A stretch of DNA of 64,000 nt from Tubiluchus corallicola (GCA_030141605.1 JAQGDQ010000445.1:1-64000); one strand, 5' to 3'; positions 47,471 to 61,154 are shown, numbered from the stretch's first letter. Numbers and translations: made by a program. The notes: generated by a model from the sequence alone, not told the origin.

Positions 47471-48181
47471 TCAGCGATTTCGCTTCTCTCACAGATCAGT
47501 GACGGTCGTTTTAACCCTGTGTGATAATTGATAATCATTGTTATGCAAATTTGTTTTATAAAATAATGTTTACACCAAATTATGAAATAATGTCCTATTG
47601 TATTTCTAGCGTATATATTGGTTAGGAGGACCAAGAATTGCGATTCTTGCAAATGGTGCAATGATAATATGGGTTACAGCGTGAAATGGCTGTACATGTA
47701 ATTGACGTATGGTGCCTATATTACTCCTGGCACCTATGAAGGTGCCTACTTAGTTGAAGTATTTACGATACAGTATATTAGTGATAATTGTATATAAGCG
47801 CGTTCATGAAAAGTATTTTTAATACTGACCGCCGTCCACTGCGACAGATGCGTCTATTAAAACATTCGGGCACTTACAATTTTATGGCCACATTTAACAT
47901 TCTCATCTGACAAATATTTTAAAAAATGTTGTTGCGTAAAAGAACTTGGTTGAACATGTTGAAAAAATTATACATTGTTGAGAGTCGCACATTTTATTTT
48001 TATAAGCGCTTGTGAAAGTTGTAAGGTCGATGTCGCTTAGAAAAGTAGTCATAGGTTTTCTTGTTTGTGACTTTTTGTCTTTTCTACAGTTTTTGTTGAC
48101 TTTTGTCTTACTTTGCTTTTGTCAGAAAATTTAGTATACTTGTAAATGTTTTGGAATAGGCAAGATTGTTTTAAGTGAATA

Positions 48182-48490
48182 CAGTGTTCCCTCGCGACTT
48201 CGCAGTTCGTTTATCGCGGACGTGCTGTTTTGCGGGTTTTCAAAGAATATTATAAATCATAAAGAAATGCCATTTACAGTAAATAGCGTATTTATTCGGC
48301 GAATGAATACACACCAAAAACGAAATGTGGTACTTACACCCGTTTGAGATGCTACTTGCCAACGTGAGATTGTACACAACACACGAATGGTTGATTGATG
48401 GAAAGCGACCAACCAGAGAATGCTGCTCTGTATCCCAATCTCTGATTGGATCGCGGGTGGGCCTGGAACGCGATAAGTGAGGGAACACTG
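48182..48490. mobile_element. Tc1/mariner (pogo/Tigger-like) MITE
   Basis: TA|cagtgttccctc...gagggaacactg|TA. Confidence 0.85.
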
Positions 48491-48963
48491 TAATTCGTAT
48501 ATCTTAAGCACAATGTTGTTGTACTGTAGTAAATTTAAAATGGAGATCAGACAACTGCAGTATTTTTTATCCTTGTCAACATTGTGTGTCTTCTTTCATC
48601 CGTGCATGCTATTGTATTTGCCTTTTATGTTAGATACTACCTGAAGCTGGGTGTGAACCCACCTTTTTACAAATGCACCTCAATAAATCTATGATACGCC
48701 AGCAAGGGTTCGATTCTCAGAAAATCCTTGTTTCATTACTACGTAAGTTTTTTGTGATTGCTTTGTGTCATTATTACTATTATTATTAGTGCCTGTTTTA
48801 ATGCTTTATTACGTGCACCGTGTACAGAGCACGAATTTTTACATTGTGTTCAGTGATATTATTCTCTCCTGCATTTATATTTTTGCTGATATCTTCTATT
48901 TGTTTCATAGATTGTTTCAATGCAAACTTGTAGTGTATTGTTAAAAATGTTTAGAAGTACACA

Positions 48964-49472
48964 CAGTCAACCTCGGATATAAGGGACACCTCCGGACCGG
49001 AAAAAATCTTCCCAAATCGTTAAGTCAGACCGAGGGTGTATCTAAACCTGTACTTTTCTGTACTTTTACCCATATTTTTATAGATTATTGCTACACATAC
49101 AGTGCAAACGGTATGTAGGAAGCTTCTTCAGTGATGCGAGATGTATGTGACCACGGAAACCAAGCTGTTCGAAGGCCGAGTTTGCAAAAAATTGAGGTTA
49201 AAATTAGATCAATTTCGCTTTGATCATAAGATGCCTTATATGTGAGGTAATTTACCTGGGTTTCTATTACGCGGGAGCTGAAGATAGTGTCCGTTATATG
49301 CGAGATAATTCACCTGGGTTTCTATTACGCGGGAGCTGAAGATAGTGTCCCTTACCTTGCATACGAAGATTTTTACATGGGGAAAATGTTACGAAAAATC
49401 GGGACCGGTGTTGGTGGTCCTTTATGAGCGAGTGTCCCGTATAAGAAAGCACCTTATATCCGAGGTTGACTG
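48964..49472. mobile_element. Tc1/mariner (pogo/Tigger-like) MITE with an internal ~60-bp tandem duplication
   Basis: TIR cagtcaacctcggatataagg / ccttatatccgaggttgactg|TA. acctgggtttctattacgcgggagctgaagatagtgtcc is repeated at ~49253 and ~49313. Confidence 0.85.
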
Positions 49473-50568
49473 TACATTGTTCAAGATTTCAAGGCTTGTG
49501 TCTATTCTGTGTAGTAACATTCCATTACAGAGGAATAATTTTATTCTAGTGTTGAACATGTTAGCATTTAGTTAAACAGGGTAACTTCTAATTCAAGTGC
49601 ACATTTTAGATTCTCCCTATAAGGAATTCTAAACTGCTCCTGTTGCATGATATACTTATAATAGAAACTCACTGTGTTTAAATACTCAAGATATTGGTTG
49701 TTTTTAAAGTCTAGTGAAACCCATTTCAAGTTTTTAACTTTGATCGAGAGATTTTTTATTATATTTTTGAGAAGTTGTATTTTCGTGCCTTATTGCGAAT
49801 AATTGAGCCATTGTAGAATAATTGCCTGTTTTATTGTATATTCTTTGCCCATGTTTATAGCGTTTAATGTTTTGTAGATCATGTTGTAGTCGAGATTAAT
49901 TGAAACTTTGTCTTGCGAGCTTTCAAAGTTTGCAGCATCATTCAGTTGTGTTTTAAAGTATAACAAACATCGTGTTGTTCAACATTTTTACAGTAATTTG
50001 TGTAATTGATAAATTTCTTGCCATTCCATTTACATTTTTGCTAAAACAGTAAAAGACGTGGATGGATCACTAATGTGGCTCTATAGAAAAGATATTTTGA
50101 TTGCCTTCTTTGATGCATAATACTAAATTCCGTGTCTTTACACTAGAAACAAGTAAATTTGTGTATATAGTTGGTCCGTCCACAACTTCTATACTTGTTT
50201 AACATTCCTGTAAAAAACTTATTTCTTTGAGACACATGCTCTTTCCTTGATCTTACATAACCGTCCATTTTTGTAAGAATTATGTGTGAAGTCCCACCTA
50301 TTATAGCTTTGTGAGATTTTTTGACATACATATAATAAACCGCTTGTACAGAATTATTTGTACTTTGTACTGGAGTATATATTTGGAGTGAGTGGTACAT
50401 AGCCAGGACTGGACCACACACTAATTCGCCTGAACTCATTTATTCATGATATATTTCAGCGACATTTACGTATTTTTAAAAAAAAATATCACTATTTTAC
50501 TATTTATTGCAAACCAAACTAGCACATATTTCAACAACACCAAAAAAACTGATTTTTACCCAATACAG

Positions 50569-50894
50569 CAGTCAACCCTCATTAAACCGGACTAATTGGG
50601 GGGGGGGGGGGGCTGGTCCGGTTTAGCCTATTGTCCGATATGCCTATATATGGTCTATATTATACAGGAATAATCACCTTAATAAGGCCTATATACATTG
50701 CACTATATACTATACTGTACATTACTTTAAAATAGCTAACCTGTGAGGATAAAGAAATTATTGTACAGTTGGTTGGCCGTGTTGTGTTTAGCGCTCCGGC
50801 TCGGAGGGAAATCGGTCAGTTTCCTTTACTACGGATGACGTCCGTCTTATCCGATATCCGGGCTAACGGGGTCCGGTTTAACGAGGGTCGACTG
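50569..50894. mobile_element. Tc1/mariner (pogo/Tigger-like) MITE
   Basis: TIR cagtcaaccctcattaaaccgga / tccggtttaacgagggtcgactg|TA. Confidence 0.8.
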
Positions 50895-51914
50895 TATTAC
50901 CAAAGCTGACTTAGGCAGCAGTCTAAACAGCTTTTAAGACAATCCTGACCTTACGCATAGTTGTTTTAAAAACAATATTTTTTACCAATTCCTAAATAAC
51001 AGTGCAAAATTAGATTATTGGTCTAATAGCATTGGAGTAGTTTTTCAAACATTTTATTTTGTTCAGTGAATTAAATCATTATCGGTAAATCGGTGAACCG
51101 CTGAATGACCTTTTCAGTAACTGATCCATATTGACAATCTGTTATCGACGTGGCATTTGAAAATGTCACAATTTCAGCAAAGAGAATAGTGAGGATTTTT
51201 TGCTCAATATGTGGAAGTTGGAATTGTACATTATAGTTAGGTGCTGCCATCTATGGGCTAATCCTGTTACATTCTACCAGCTAACTTACCCTCAGTATAA
51301 TTGTATGGTCGAGTGAATGCAGTGAATGTTCTCTCCCTATTTTAACAGTAATGGTTGTTGTGAAGCTTGTGTAAGTCTGCATAGGTCAAGTCCTATACCT
51401 ATACATACTGACTGTTTTTGCTTTCCAGTCTCTCTCAGTGTTCAGTGCAGCAGTCATGCTACTCATGTGTCTGTAGTTTTAATAAACACTTTTCTGTTGT
51501 GTGCAGTGCAAATATGTATTATAGATTTTTATTCCTATTCATACTTCTGTGCCTAAACTCAATCATAACAAAGTGAGTGAACAACAACTTCAGAATGACT
51601 TTCACACAATATTACATAATGAACATGTAAATAAAATGAAGCAAGAGACAAGAAAAGAAATTGACCGGTGATGGGGAAAGCAGCTGGTACCCGCTAAAGC
51701 AAAGACATGGCTGACATGGCTTTAGTTCACTTCACACACAAACATCTGATTGTTTTGACCAGTTATGGCCATGTTCACGCAACAATCTACCCGAACAAAA
51801 ATATCGTGCAGTGACTTTTGTGATTTTTATGCACTGATTGTTGGGTGAACAAAACCATAACTGATCAAACCTTTGCAGAAGTTTGTGTCTGAATGAAGAC
51901 ACGTCTTTGCTTAA

Positions 51915-52366
51915 CCCTTTCATACCCATTGTATCCCGTGGGATATGAGAATATTTTCTGCCTTTAAAATTAATAAAATTTTAAAACTGACAGTTATTTG
52001 ATCTGTTAATAGTTATTTTGATTTAAGCCAATAATAATAGACTAAAAATGGTGATAAAATGACAAACTAAAAAATCTACATAGCATAAAAAACTGCGCAA
52101 GGTACAGTACTTTAGAGATGACTTTGTACAGATCAGCATAGCACACATACTAAATGTCTTAAATACTTTAAAAAATTATCAGCAGTTGCAAAATGAAGCA
52201 CATTTTATGCTTCCACTGAGTATCCCGTGGGATACAGGCTATATTTAGCACGCGGGCACAGATAGAAAAAAATAATTATTATGTGTATACAAGATGGACA
52301 TACTGGACAAAAGTACCAAGCCAAAAAGTTATTTCTTTGTAAAAAATTAATTTGGGACTGAAAGGG
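51915..52366. mobile_element. piggyBac-like MITE
   Basis: TTAA|ccctttca...tgaaaggg|TTAA; the internal palindrome tatcccgtgggata occurs at ~51932 and ~52221. Confidence 0.8.
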
Positions 52367-53453
52367 TTAAATGGATGCTAGTTGCTATTTTCATCAATTA
52401 TTTGCTAACACTTGTAAATCGGTTTTAAAATCCACAAAATGGAATTTGAAGCCATTGCTACAAATACCAAAGTACTAAAGGGCCTCCTTAAGACTTTTAT
52501 TGAACAATTTTAAAAACTTACATCATGTATGCAGTGGTAGTCTGACGAAGACATAATTATTTACACGAGAACGACGAACAGCACAATCATTTTTAGCTTC
52601 TGCAACTTCTGTTTCACAACAGACAAACTACCCGTCTCAAAATCATAAACTAAAAGCAAATCTACCACCAAAAATCTATTTTTTGCCACAAATGCAAATG
52701 TTTTTTTTGGAGAATAGCTTTCCCTCGTCTCCAATCTACATGTACTTTGCCCAGAATTAATGATCAAATTCATCACATCTTGCAAGAAACAGGTTTAATG
52801 TAGAACATCAGGAAAATAGTTCCTTCACATACAAATTTCAAACAAATGTCTGTATTTCCCAAAAGTGGGCGTAAAAATTTTGGCAAAAGTGTACTTCTAA
52901 AAGCTGTTCTCAAGAGTGGCTGAGGAAAAAGCCCCTAGCAACCCCTGCATTAATACGGTTACGGGAGGAGCTCTACGTACCGTACCACTTATGGTACCTT
53001 GCGGCTTATAATTACACTGTATCAATCACAGACAAAACATTTTCAAATTCAACTCGAGCAAGTTTTTTTAGTTTGAATTCTGCTTGAAACTAAAGTTATA
53101 GATGCGAATAATTCAGTACTTCAAGTACATACATTCTTTCTCTAAAAACGTTTGAAACATCAAGCAATTAGCACAATTTTGCTGCAATTTCTGCATTTAA
53201 TTTTTACACGAATTAATAGTGTTTTTACTTCAGAACAAAATCAAGTAATATGCAGAACCTTGGCGAGACGTCTTTTTACAAGTGATTCAAAAATGTTTAA
53301 AACTGAATTCGAATTCGAAAATGCTGAAATTCGATCTGATTCGAGTTCAAAAGCGATCCAAATTCGCTTTTTCATAGAGAGTGCTCACCCCCTACTAACC
53401 GGTGATTTATGAGTACATTTGGTAACAGCTCTGCAGGTAATTCTTGAGAATTA

Positions 53454-56400
53454 TCAAGTAACCAAAGACTCATTCTTAATTATCTGACCTGAGACTTTAC
53501 GTACAGTATGCATGTATTCAGTTAACCGTTCTTGTAAGAGCTCGTACAATTTTTCGTATGAGGGATCAACTTGCACATCTTTCAATGCCCTAAGCAACTG
53601 ATCTATAGCAGTGTACGGCAACCACACGGCAGGAAAGCTCGCATGCAAGCTGTTCTTCAATGCAAAATGTTCTTTTCCCTTCCCAAGGACGGCTTCAATG
53701 TAATGCAATAAAAGGTATCCTGCCGACTTGAGCATGTCATAGTTGACATAAAGTTGAAGCAATTGTGCTGGATTTTTCAACTTGTACGATGCCACGAGCC
53801 AATGTGGCAGCGAAACGCCCAGGGATAGGAGACGGACTGCAATGCACTGGTGGTACCGTGTTCCTCGCGGCTCCTCATACTTGTCCAAGTACACAGAGAG
53901 CAACTTCCATGCCTGATTGGTTGATGTCGTCTCCTTCGAAAAGTAATCGCAGCTGATGTCATTCATGTCGAGCCAATTCCAAGCCTGAGCAGTGAACTCA
54001 TTATCGCCCTGCATAAAGTAAGAGCTATTCTGTGACAATCTAATACAGCGCAACGCTAAATCTTCAAACACCGGGTTCAACGATAGCTTAAACACGCGGC
54101 ACATCTGTATGGAGGCATCGAACATGCCTTCGCTACACAACAATGCAACAGTTTCTTCTGCGCTGATCAAACGATCTAATGCAAAAGCAGGATCAGAGCT
54201 GATTACCGCCAGTTTCAGCCGTGCACTGACAAGTAAGTACTCTTTCTCAATGTCGTTCAAATCAAGTACTGTGATCCTGCTCTTGCGGGAGTCGTTTTTG
54301 GTTACATTAGTCTCGGGACCCGTTGTCTCACTCACAGGACAGGCGACCCAAGCGTATTTTTCATCAATTAGCTGCAGTGCATTCAATGATGCAAGATAAC
54401 ACTTTGCCTGCTTTCGTAAGCCGTCGATACCGGACACTTCGCGAGCCAACCTCGTGCCATACTCATACATTACGGTCGCAGCTTTGCGATAATTCCCACG
54501 AAATACGTGGAAGGAATATAGAAGATCGTAATATCCATACGTCATCAAATCAGCCGAGCGAGCTCTAGCTTCTAACAAGCTAACTACCTCGGTCTGTAAG
54601 TCAACATACGGGAACTCGACTAATGTTTTCAGCTGCTTGCGTTCGCATAGGATAATAATGAGCTGCCGAAGACAGTCTTTTTTCCTAGCAGGGTCAGGAT
54701 TATCGATCATGGCGCTGTACGCTTGAGCATAATGTTCCAGTTCAAGATGATACTTGAACACCAACGACCACAAAGTGGGCGCATTATCGTCCATTCCAGA
54801 ACTGGCCTGAATGGCCGACATGGCCAACTTGATCACCATTTCGGGCAAACAGAATTGCTCGTACAGCTGTATCACTTTCAACGTGTAAAGCGATTTGAGA
54901 TGATCCGCTGACTCCGGTGCCACTTCGTCATCGAATCCGAGAAGTTTGGTTTTCAAAAACTTCTCGTCTTCAATGCCTTCCCTTGCAGAAACGTATAAGT
55001 CAAACGCTTTGGCAGGTTCATTCAGATTTAGATGACAAAGAGCGCGGAAAAATGTTCTTGAAGCAACATTCCACTCACACCAATCTAACAATGTGAGCAA
55101 ATCCTTCAACGAAGCATACTGACACTTCATTGCCAGAAACTCTGGGAATGTAAACCCCTTGCTGATTGGCCACATAATTTGACTAATGAGGTTAACTAAA
55201 CCAAGGAGACATCCATTCCAACTAACGCAGTGCCCTTCTGGGACAAACCCATTCTGAATTAGTAGACCCCGTCCTAAAGATCCGCCGACACCATCTGTGA
55301 ACAGCTCTGCTAGTGTGACGCTGTCCTCGAATTTGTTTGTCTGCACCCTGTTCACGTTCTCCGAAATCTGCAACGCACGAAACTGTCTCAAATTTGATTC
55401 GAGTGCAGAAGCGTCGACTGTGGCAGACAGTGCGCGCCCAACCCAGTAAAGACTATAAGATGCCAAAAGAATGTCTGAAAGGTAATTAACGTGTTGCGAC
55501 TTGATCAAAAAAGTGGTTTCAGGTGAAAGATCGCACTGGTCCGATATCTTCGTTACCAACGACAACAAGATGAACAAATCGCGGCAAATGCAAAACCTGA
55601 CCGAAGCAAGCTGGACGAAGCTAACTCCAAGTAAATGAAGACATTTTTTACTGGAGAACAAACGACGCGATGGATGATGTCTTGACACGTCGCACAAAGC
55701 TCCGTCCACCTGAAGGCCTTCCGGATATCCCTTGGCCAGGTCAAGCAGCAGCAACAAACAATCTAAGGCTTCAACAAAATGGTTCATATTCTCAATGTTT
55801 CTAGCAATAAAATGCAAAGTCTCTTTCGTTTGAGCAAGCACACTCTTAGCTGTTACGTCGGCTACTATTTTGGCAGTAACATCAGCAGGTGACTTACCCG
55901 CCTCCATTTCAGCTGCAAACTGAATGTAAGCATTACTGTGCAAAACGCAGGCCGATGCAACACGTCTCGTGCAACCAACCAATGTAGCTATCTCATGACT
56001 GTGTTTCTGGTCGCTTTCGGCAAAGCACAGACCATAGCACGGATCAATTTTTCCTAAAGTATCGCTCAAAAAAATACCTTCAAGGAAATCACACGGTCGT
56101 AAATATGACAAACAATGTTTTTTAATAAGACACACCAAACCAGTGCGATCGTCCACAGTAAGACCTATCGGCAAGTTTGCCACCTGATTGTACTGCACAC
56201 AAAAAGAATAGAACTTCTTCCAGGCTTCTAACCGAGCCACACAAATTTCGTCAGGTCCGTCATAACCGTCCACCTTCAATGTTCTTGCATCGTCTTCCAC
56301 AACGCTAATAAGTTCTTCTTTCAAATGCGTAACATCGACTACGTCGGTTAATGGTGAAACGCCTTTGGATTTCTTCATCAAATTAACGGCTTTCAAAAGA

Positions 56401-59400
56401 GAGTGCGTGGAGAAGGAGCCAGGTTGAAAGATGCGCTCTAAAAACCTCTTTGCCGGATCTTTGCCAGAGCTAGTAGGTCCCTCTTCGTCTTCCATAGGAG
56501 TAAGAAATACAGCAACCTCTTGGACAGGTACACTGCCTTCGTAGCGGTTGCACCGCACCGTCGCATTTCCATCACTATCAGTCCACAAACTCCACAAATG
56601 CGTGCCATTTAAATCGAAATCAATCAGTTCATCGAGCGTCCCGCACACTGTTGCGACGTGATTCAATTCATATTGCCCGGATACTACGCTTGGCCGCACT
56701 ATGACAAATGTGGACCGATCTTTAAAACACAAGTAAATGGCTAAATAAATAGTCTTCCTTTGAACGGAGACATACTTGCGCAATTGATGAGGCTGCGTGC
56801 CAGGCAAAACGTGCTGCGAATTATCAGAAAGAAACTCTAATATATCTTTCGCCATAACACAGTTTTGCTCATCTGACAGCCATAACCGAATCTTTAGGTC
56901 ATTACACAGTGAGAATATTAGAATATGATTAAGCGTATGGTGAATACACAGGCTGCTTGTGGCTTCGCTATCTTCCAAGCCTCGTCTCATCAATGACGGA
57001 ACAAAACCTGTCCACAGCCGTTGCATAACTGAACTCGTCTGCAACTCATACTGAGTCACCACCCCTTGAATGCCGCTAGGTGGCAACTTCACCACAAGAA
57101 TAGACCCTTTGGGGATAGCCACGGCAAATAATGCTTCTTCCGTGCTGGTCAAGCAGGAGGCTGATGCGCTCGGAATGCAACGCGCGCCCATTCCACTGTA
57201 CTCCAGAAACGCATAATTCGCTGCATTTTGAAAGTTCACAGAGCTCAACGATGATTCAGAAAATATCGACAAGACGTTATGCTCGGAGATCTGAGGCAGA
57301 CTTTGACCTTGTCTCGGAATTCTGCTCGGATGCGAGAACGTCAGCCGGTGGACGCTGGAAATTGTGATAACGAGCACAACGATGTGGCTGTTCGTTTCGC
57401 TGATGGTGACGCTATTTAAAACAGCGCTACCATCAAACTTGTAACGTACGATGCTGTCGACAAGGTTGTAGTCTAACGAATGTTCTTCTAATTCTAGCAC
57501 ATCATTGCATGCTCGCCAAGTGATAAATCTAAAATAAAGAGACTGCAAATTATTTTCCAAAACAATGAACTTACGAATGTTGTGTTACGTTAATAAGCCC
57601 TTTCATAGTACTGCTAATTATACCGCGTAATATAATTGTGAAGTAGGTTAAGAAAATCAACTGTTAATATAAATTTATAGGGGAAGAAATTAAACTTGAA
57701 AATGAAATAACTGAATAGACTACGCAACAAGGAAGCATTCAGATAAAATGAAAAATATGCAAAGATGATCAACCAAATATGGCCAAGCAGCTAACCGATT
57801 AAAACATAAACAAACTAGGAAACGGTGAAATGAAGAAAATAAAATAAAACGTAAGTAAAACACCAGTGAAGGAAACAAAATATGCGTGATAAAATCAAAC
57901 TAAATATGATGAAACGAAAATATGCAGTGGTGTTTATTCAAATTATGTTAAGCATAATGCCGAAAGAACTATAGAACACAAGAACTAATAGAGAGAAGCA
58001 GAAGTGGAGTAAACAAATATGTAATTGATGAAATATGAGTATGTGACTAAATAGACAATGTGACTCAATGAAAAATATAATAATATTTAATGATAAATGT
58101 GAAACGATAAGCAAAATAATACAATAAAATGAATATATGTAGCGAAATACAGATATGGATAGCCCTCTATAGAAAAGTAAAATTAACTTAAATTTGTCTT
58201 GATGGAAATGGCCTGGTAGTTTTATGTTTTGTTTAGTTTATCATGCATATTTTGTTTCATTCACTGATTCATTATTTATTTTTTTGGTTTGACTTTTCTC
58301 TAGTTTGTTTGATGTTTTAATCGGTTAGTGAAATGCTTTACATATTTTGTTAATCATCATTTCATATTTTTCATTTTATTTCTTTGTTGCGTAGCTTATT
58401 TAGTTATTTTGCTTTCATGTTTAATGTATTCCCCCATAAATTCATGTTAACAGCAGCACTACAATTTTTTTACAATTTACACTAAACTGAGAAGGGTAGC
58501 CGACTCGATGACCAATTGGTCTTTCGCTACCCTTTCTCCTGCACCCCCCTTAACTCTTTCCTTTATGCTTAATTTATCCTTTTTAATCAATAAGTATAAA
58601 AATTATAGTCAATTTGTATACTGGTGTAAATGAGGAGATAAATAAAAATGTCTATGTCTATTGTGAACATGTAATATCTAGCTGCTAACTAGGGCTTTAA
58701 ATCACAGGTAATATGTGTATTTTCAACAGGATAGCTAAATATCTTCATTCCAGACTAACCGCTTAAAAGAAAAATTAGGAGGCATAGGTAACTCGAAAGA
58801 ATCGTGGTTTCAAAACAAACAGATATACGCAAAACCCGTTAAACGTTTAACTTATGTGAACTAAGCATCATTGATTCTTGCGCTGGACCGTATCTCAATG
58901 CTTATACAGTGATCTTTATGAAAGTCATGCTTCGCGTAATGACGATTCTTTTAGCCTCGCATTTTGTTGTAATGCATTAGCGTCGTTAATTCACATTTTC
59001 GCATTACGTCTCCGGCGAACTCCCTTCTACAATAGGCGCTGCTTAATAGATTCCCTTTGGGATGGAAGTGTTTTGACTCAATTAATTAACCGAGTTTAGT
59101 ATATTATAAAATATTATATTATATTATATTCTAAAAGCCAGAATTCTTTAAAACACCAAGGATCTTTGCTGTGGAATTCATTACCAGACCAGTTAAAGTC
59201 CAGTAACTACAAAAAGTTAATTTTAAACTATAAAAAACAACTTATTGCAGGATACAAATAAATGAGACATTTTGCTTATATACTTGTAATACTATACATA
59301 TTTTTTTCATTGCTACGACACTTAAAGATTTTGTTTAAGTTTTTGTTATATTTTGATTTCATTTTGTCTGATTTACAGTTGAAATAGTTTTTCGATGGTT

Positions 59401-60588
59401 TAATTTATTATATTTTCTTTCTCAACAAATTCAGTCATTGATGTTATTATTACAACATTTCAGTTTTGTTTCTTCTTATTTGCTTCTGTTTCTTGTTTTG
59501 TTTTGTATGATTTATATTTGCCTTATTTTTCCTTGGTTTAATCTATTATATTTTTTTCTCGACAGCTTTGGTTGATCATTCTACTGTTTTTTGTTTTTTT
59601 GCCGGATTTTTTAGTTAATGCTCAAATTATGCATTTTCTGTTATCTTAAAAATCTCAAGTTATTTTTATTGTGTTTGCTTCGCATGATTCACACTATTTT
59701 AGAATTGTAAATCTTTCGTTATTTAAACTAAAATGTTCTACAGTATTACGATACCTATCATTCAATTGCCAAATTAACACACATCAACCGAATACAAATT
59801 TAAATTGATAACGATGCCATAATTAAGTTTATTTAATCATAACTATTTAAGGGTGGCTGACTTGATAACCTACGGGTTCTTCGCTGCCCTTCTCCTTTGC
59901 TTCAAAATATTTCATGTATTCTTTATACTGTATTTTTATCGTTCTAACGGAGATAATAAATAATTGAATTGAATTGAATTATTACTATCCAAGTTATCAC
60001 TCATCACCTTAGTATGCATTGCAAATAATGATTTAAGCGAATTTTAGAAATGCAAAAACGTAAAAGTCAGAAACACAAAAATGTAATTATTTAAGAAGCT
60101 AATATATGTAATTTAAAATCAAGGGGCCTAAAATAAGTAGACTGCTTACTCACTCTATTTGGTAACATGCAACCTCGTTTTGGCTGTACCATACAAAAAT
60201 TGTATTAATAGTGGTAGTGGTAATGCTAAGTAATGGTACCAAAAATAATGTATGGGGTGTATTAAATTTTGGCATGAAATGACTGAACTTAAAACCTTCC
60301 CAGTTTAAGGGAGGTTTACTGCTTCAATGCACTCTAAAATTAAGCTAAGCTGAAAGCTTAAGGATACAGTACGTCACTGCTGTTCAATACTAACCTATTG
60401 CTGAATATAGAGCCGATAGCATCACTTTTGCTATAAGAAAAACCACCCCCACATTCAGGTAGTCTTACATCACCAAAACTTTCTGGGGCACCAGCGTTTA
60501 CGATTATTTCCTTATGTGGAGCAGTATCTTGCTTAAATTGCCTAATTTCCCTGTAACTATGAACGACTTCCCATTCACTTTCCGCCAT
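53454..60588 (-). CDS. NUP160: Nuclear pore complex protein Nup160, ~1422 aa. Coding exons 60588-60395 and 57528-53454
   Basis: Exon 1 (MAESEWEVVHSYREI..GGFSY..FSN) splices via GT-AG to give NRFITW, then LELEEHSLDYNL, LCNDLKIRLW, KKDCLRQLIIILCER, GNYRKAATVMYEYG and VWLPYTAIDQL. Total 4269 nt in frame. Confidence 0.93.
57661..58453. repeat. Diverged inverted repeat (arms ~57661-57905 and ~58215-58453) in the Nup160 intron
   Basis: ctgttaatataaatttatagggga...ctacgcaacaagga pairs with tctttgttgcgtag...tcccccataaattcatgttaacag. Confidence 0.7.
58470..58660 (+). mobile_element. LINE 3'-end remnant with stem-loop
   Basis: gagaagggtagccgactcgatgaccaattggtctttcgctaccctttctc, then aataaa and a tgtcta-repeat tail. 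Confidence 0.55.
59760..59981 (+). mobile_element. LINE 3'-end remnant with stem-loop
   Basis: aagggtggctgacttgataacctacgggttcttcgctgccctt, then aataaa and an (aattg)n tail. Confidence 0.55.
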
Positions 60589-60766
60589 ATTTCCCGGCAA
60601 AGTTAATTCTCGGAGAGAAAAAGCCTTCGATTACAAAGTTACAATTAGAATTTTACCACTATGGTTTTAGACGAGATGTACCAATAAGAAATTTAAGGAC
60701 AGAAGAGCTAGAATGAGTAGATTGAATATAAGGCTTGTGATTCAGGCGATTCACAGTGGCTATACT

Positions 60767-61154
60767 CAGGGCCTATTTCAGCCTAGGCGATGCCCAGGGA
60801 AGTGGGGCGTGTGAGGTCCCATCTGGGGGGCGGGGGGCGAATCGCCGGGGGCGGGCGCCACCATGGTTGGCGTCCATAAAATTTTTGAACTGCTAGAACG
60901 CCGGAGAAGCATTTTCGAAGAGAAAATATGAAGTTATACAGTTGTTAAAGGAAAGAACAATTGAAAGAAAAACTGCTTTATTCTCAAGACCCAGTCCTTA
61001 ATACTTGTCAATACTGGCAAATGGCGCATGTGCGGCAAGAGAGAGGGAGAGAGGAGGCAATATGTTCGCATAAAGCAAAAAAATGTTACCTTGGCGCGAG
61101 GCCCCCCTGGAGGGTGAGGCCCCGGGGAAGTATCCCCACTTGAAATAGGCCCTG
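60767..61154. mobile_element. GC-rich hAT-type MITE with perfect 8-bp target-site duplication
   Basis: gctatact|cagggcctatttca...tgaaataggccctg|gctatact. Confidence 0.9.

Noticed and set aside
34425-47492. Many antisense and alternate-frame ORFs over dachsous
   Set aside because: Shadow ORFs expected in GC-richer coding exons; no recognisable motifs.
57529-57560. ORF-track start for Nup160 (MENNLQSLYF)
   Set aside because: Non-ATG start in intronic sequence. The acceptor is at 57529-57530 and the true start is in the exon at 60588.
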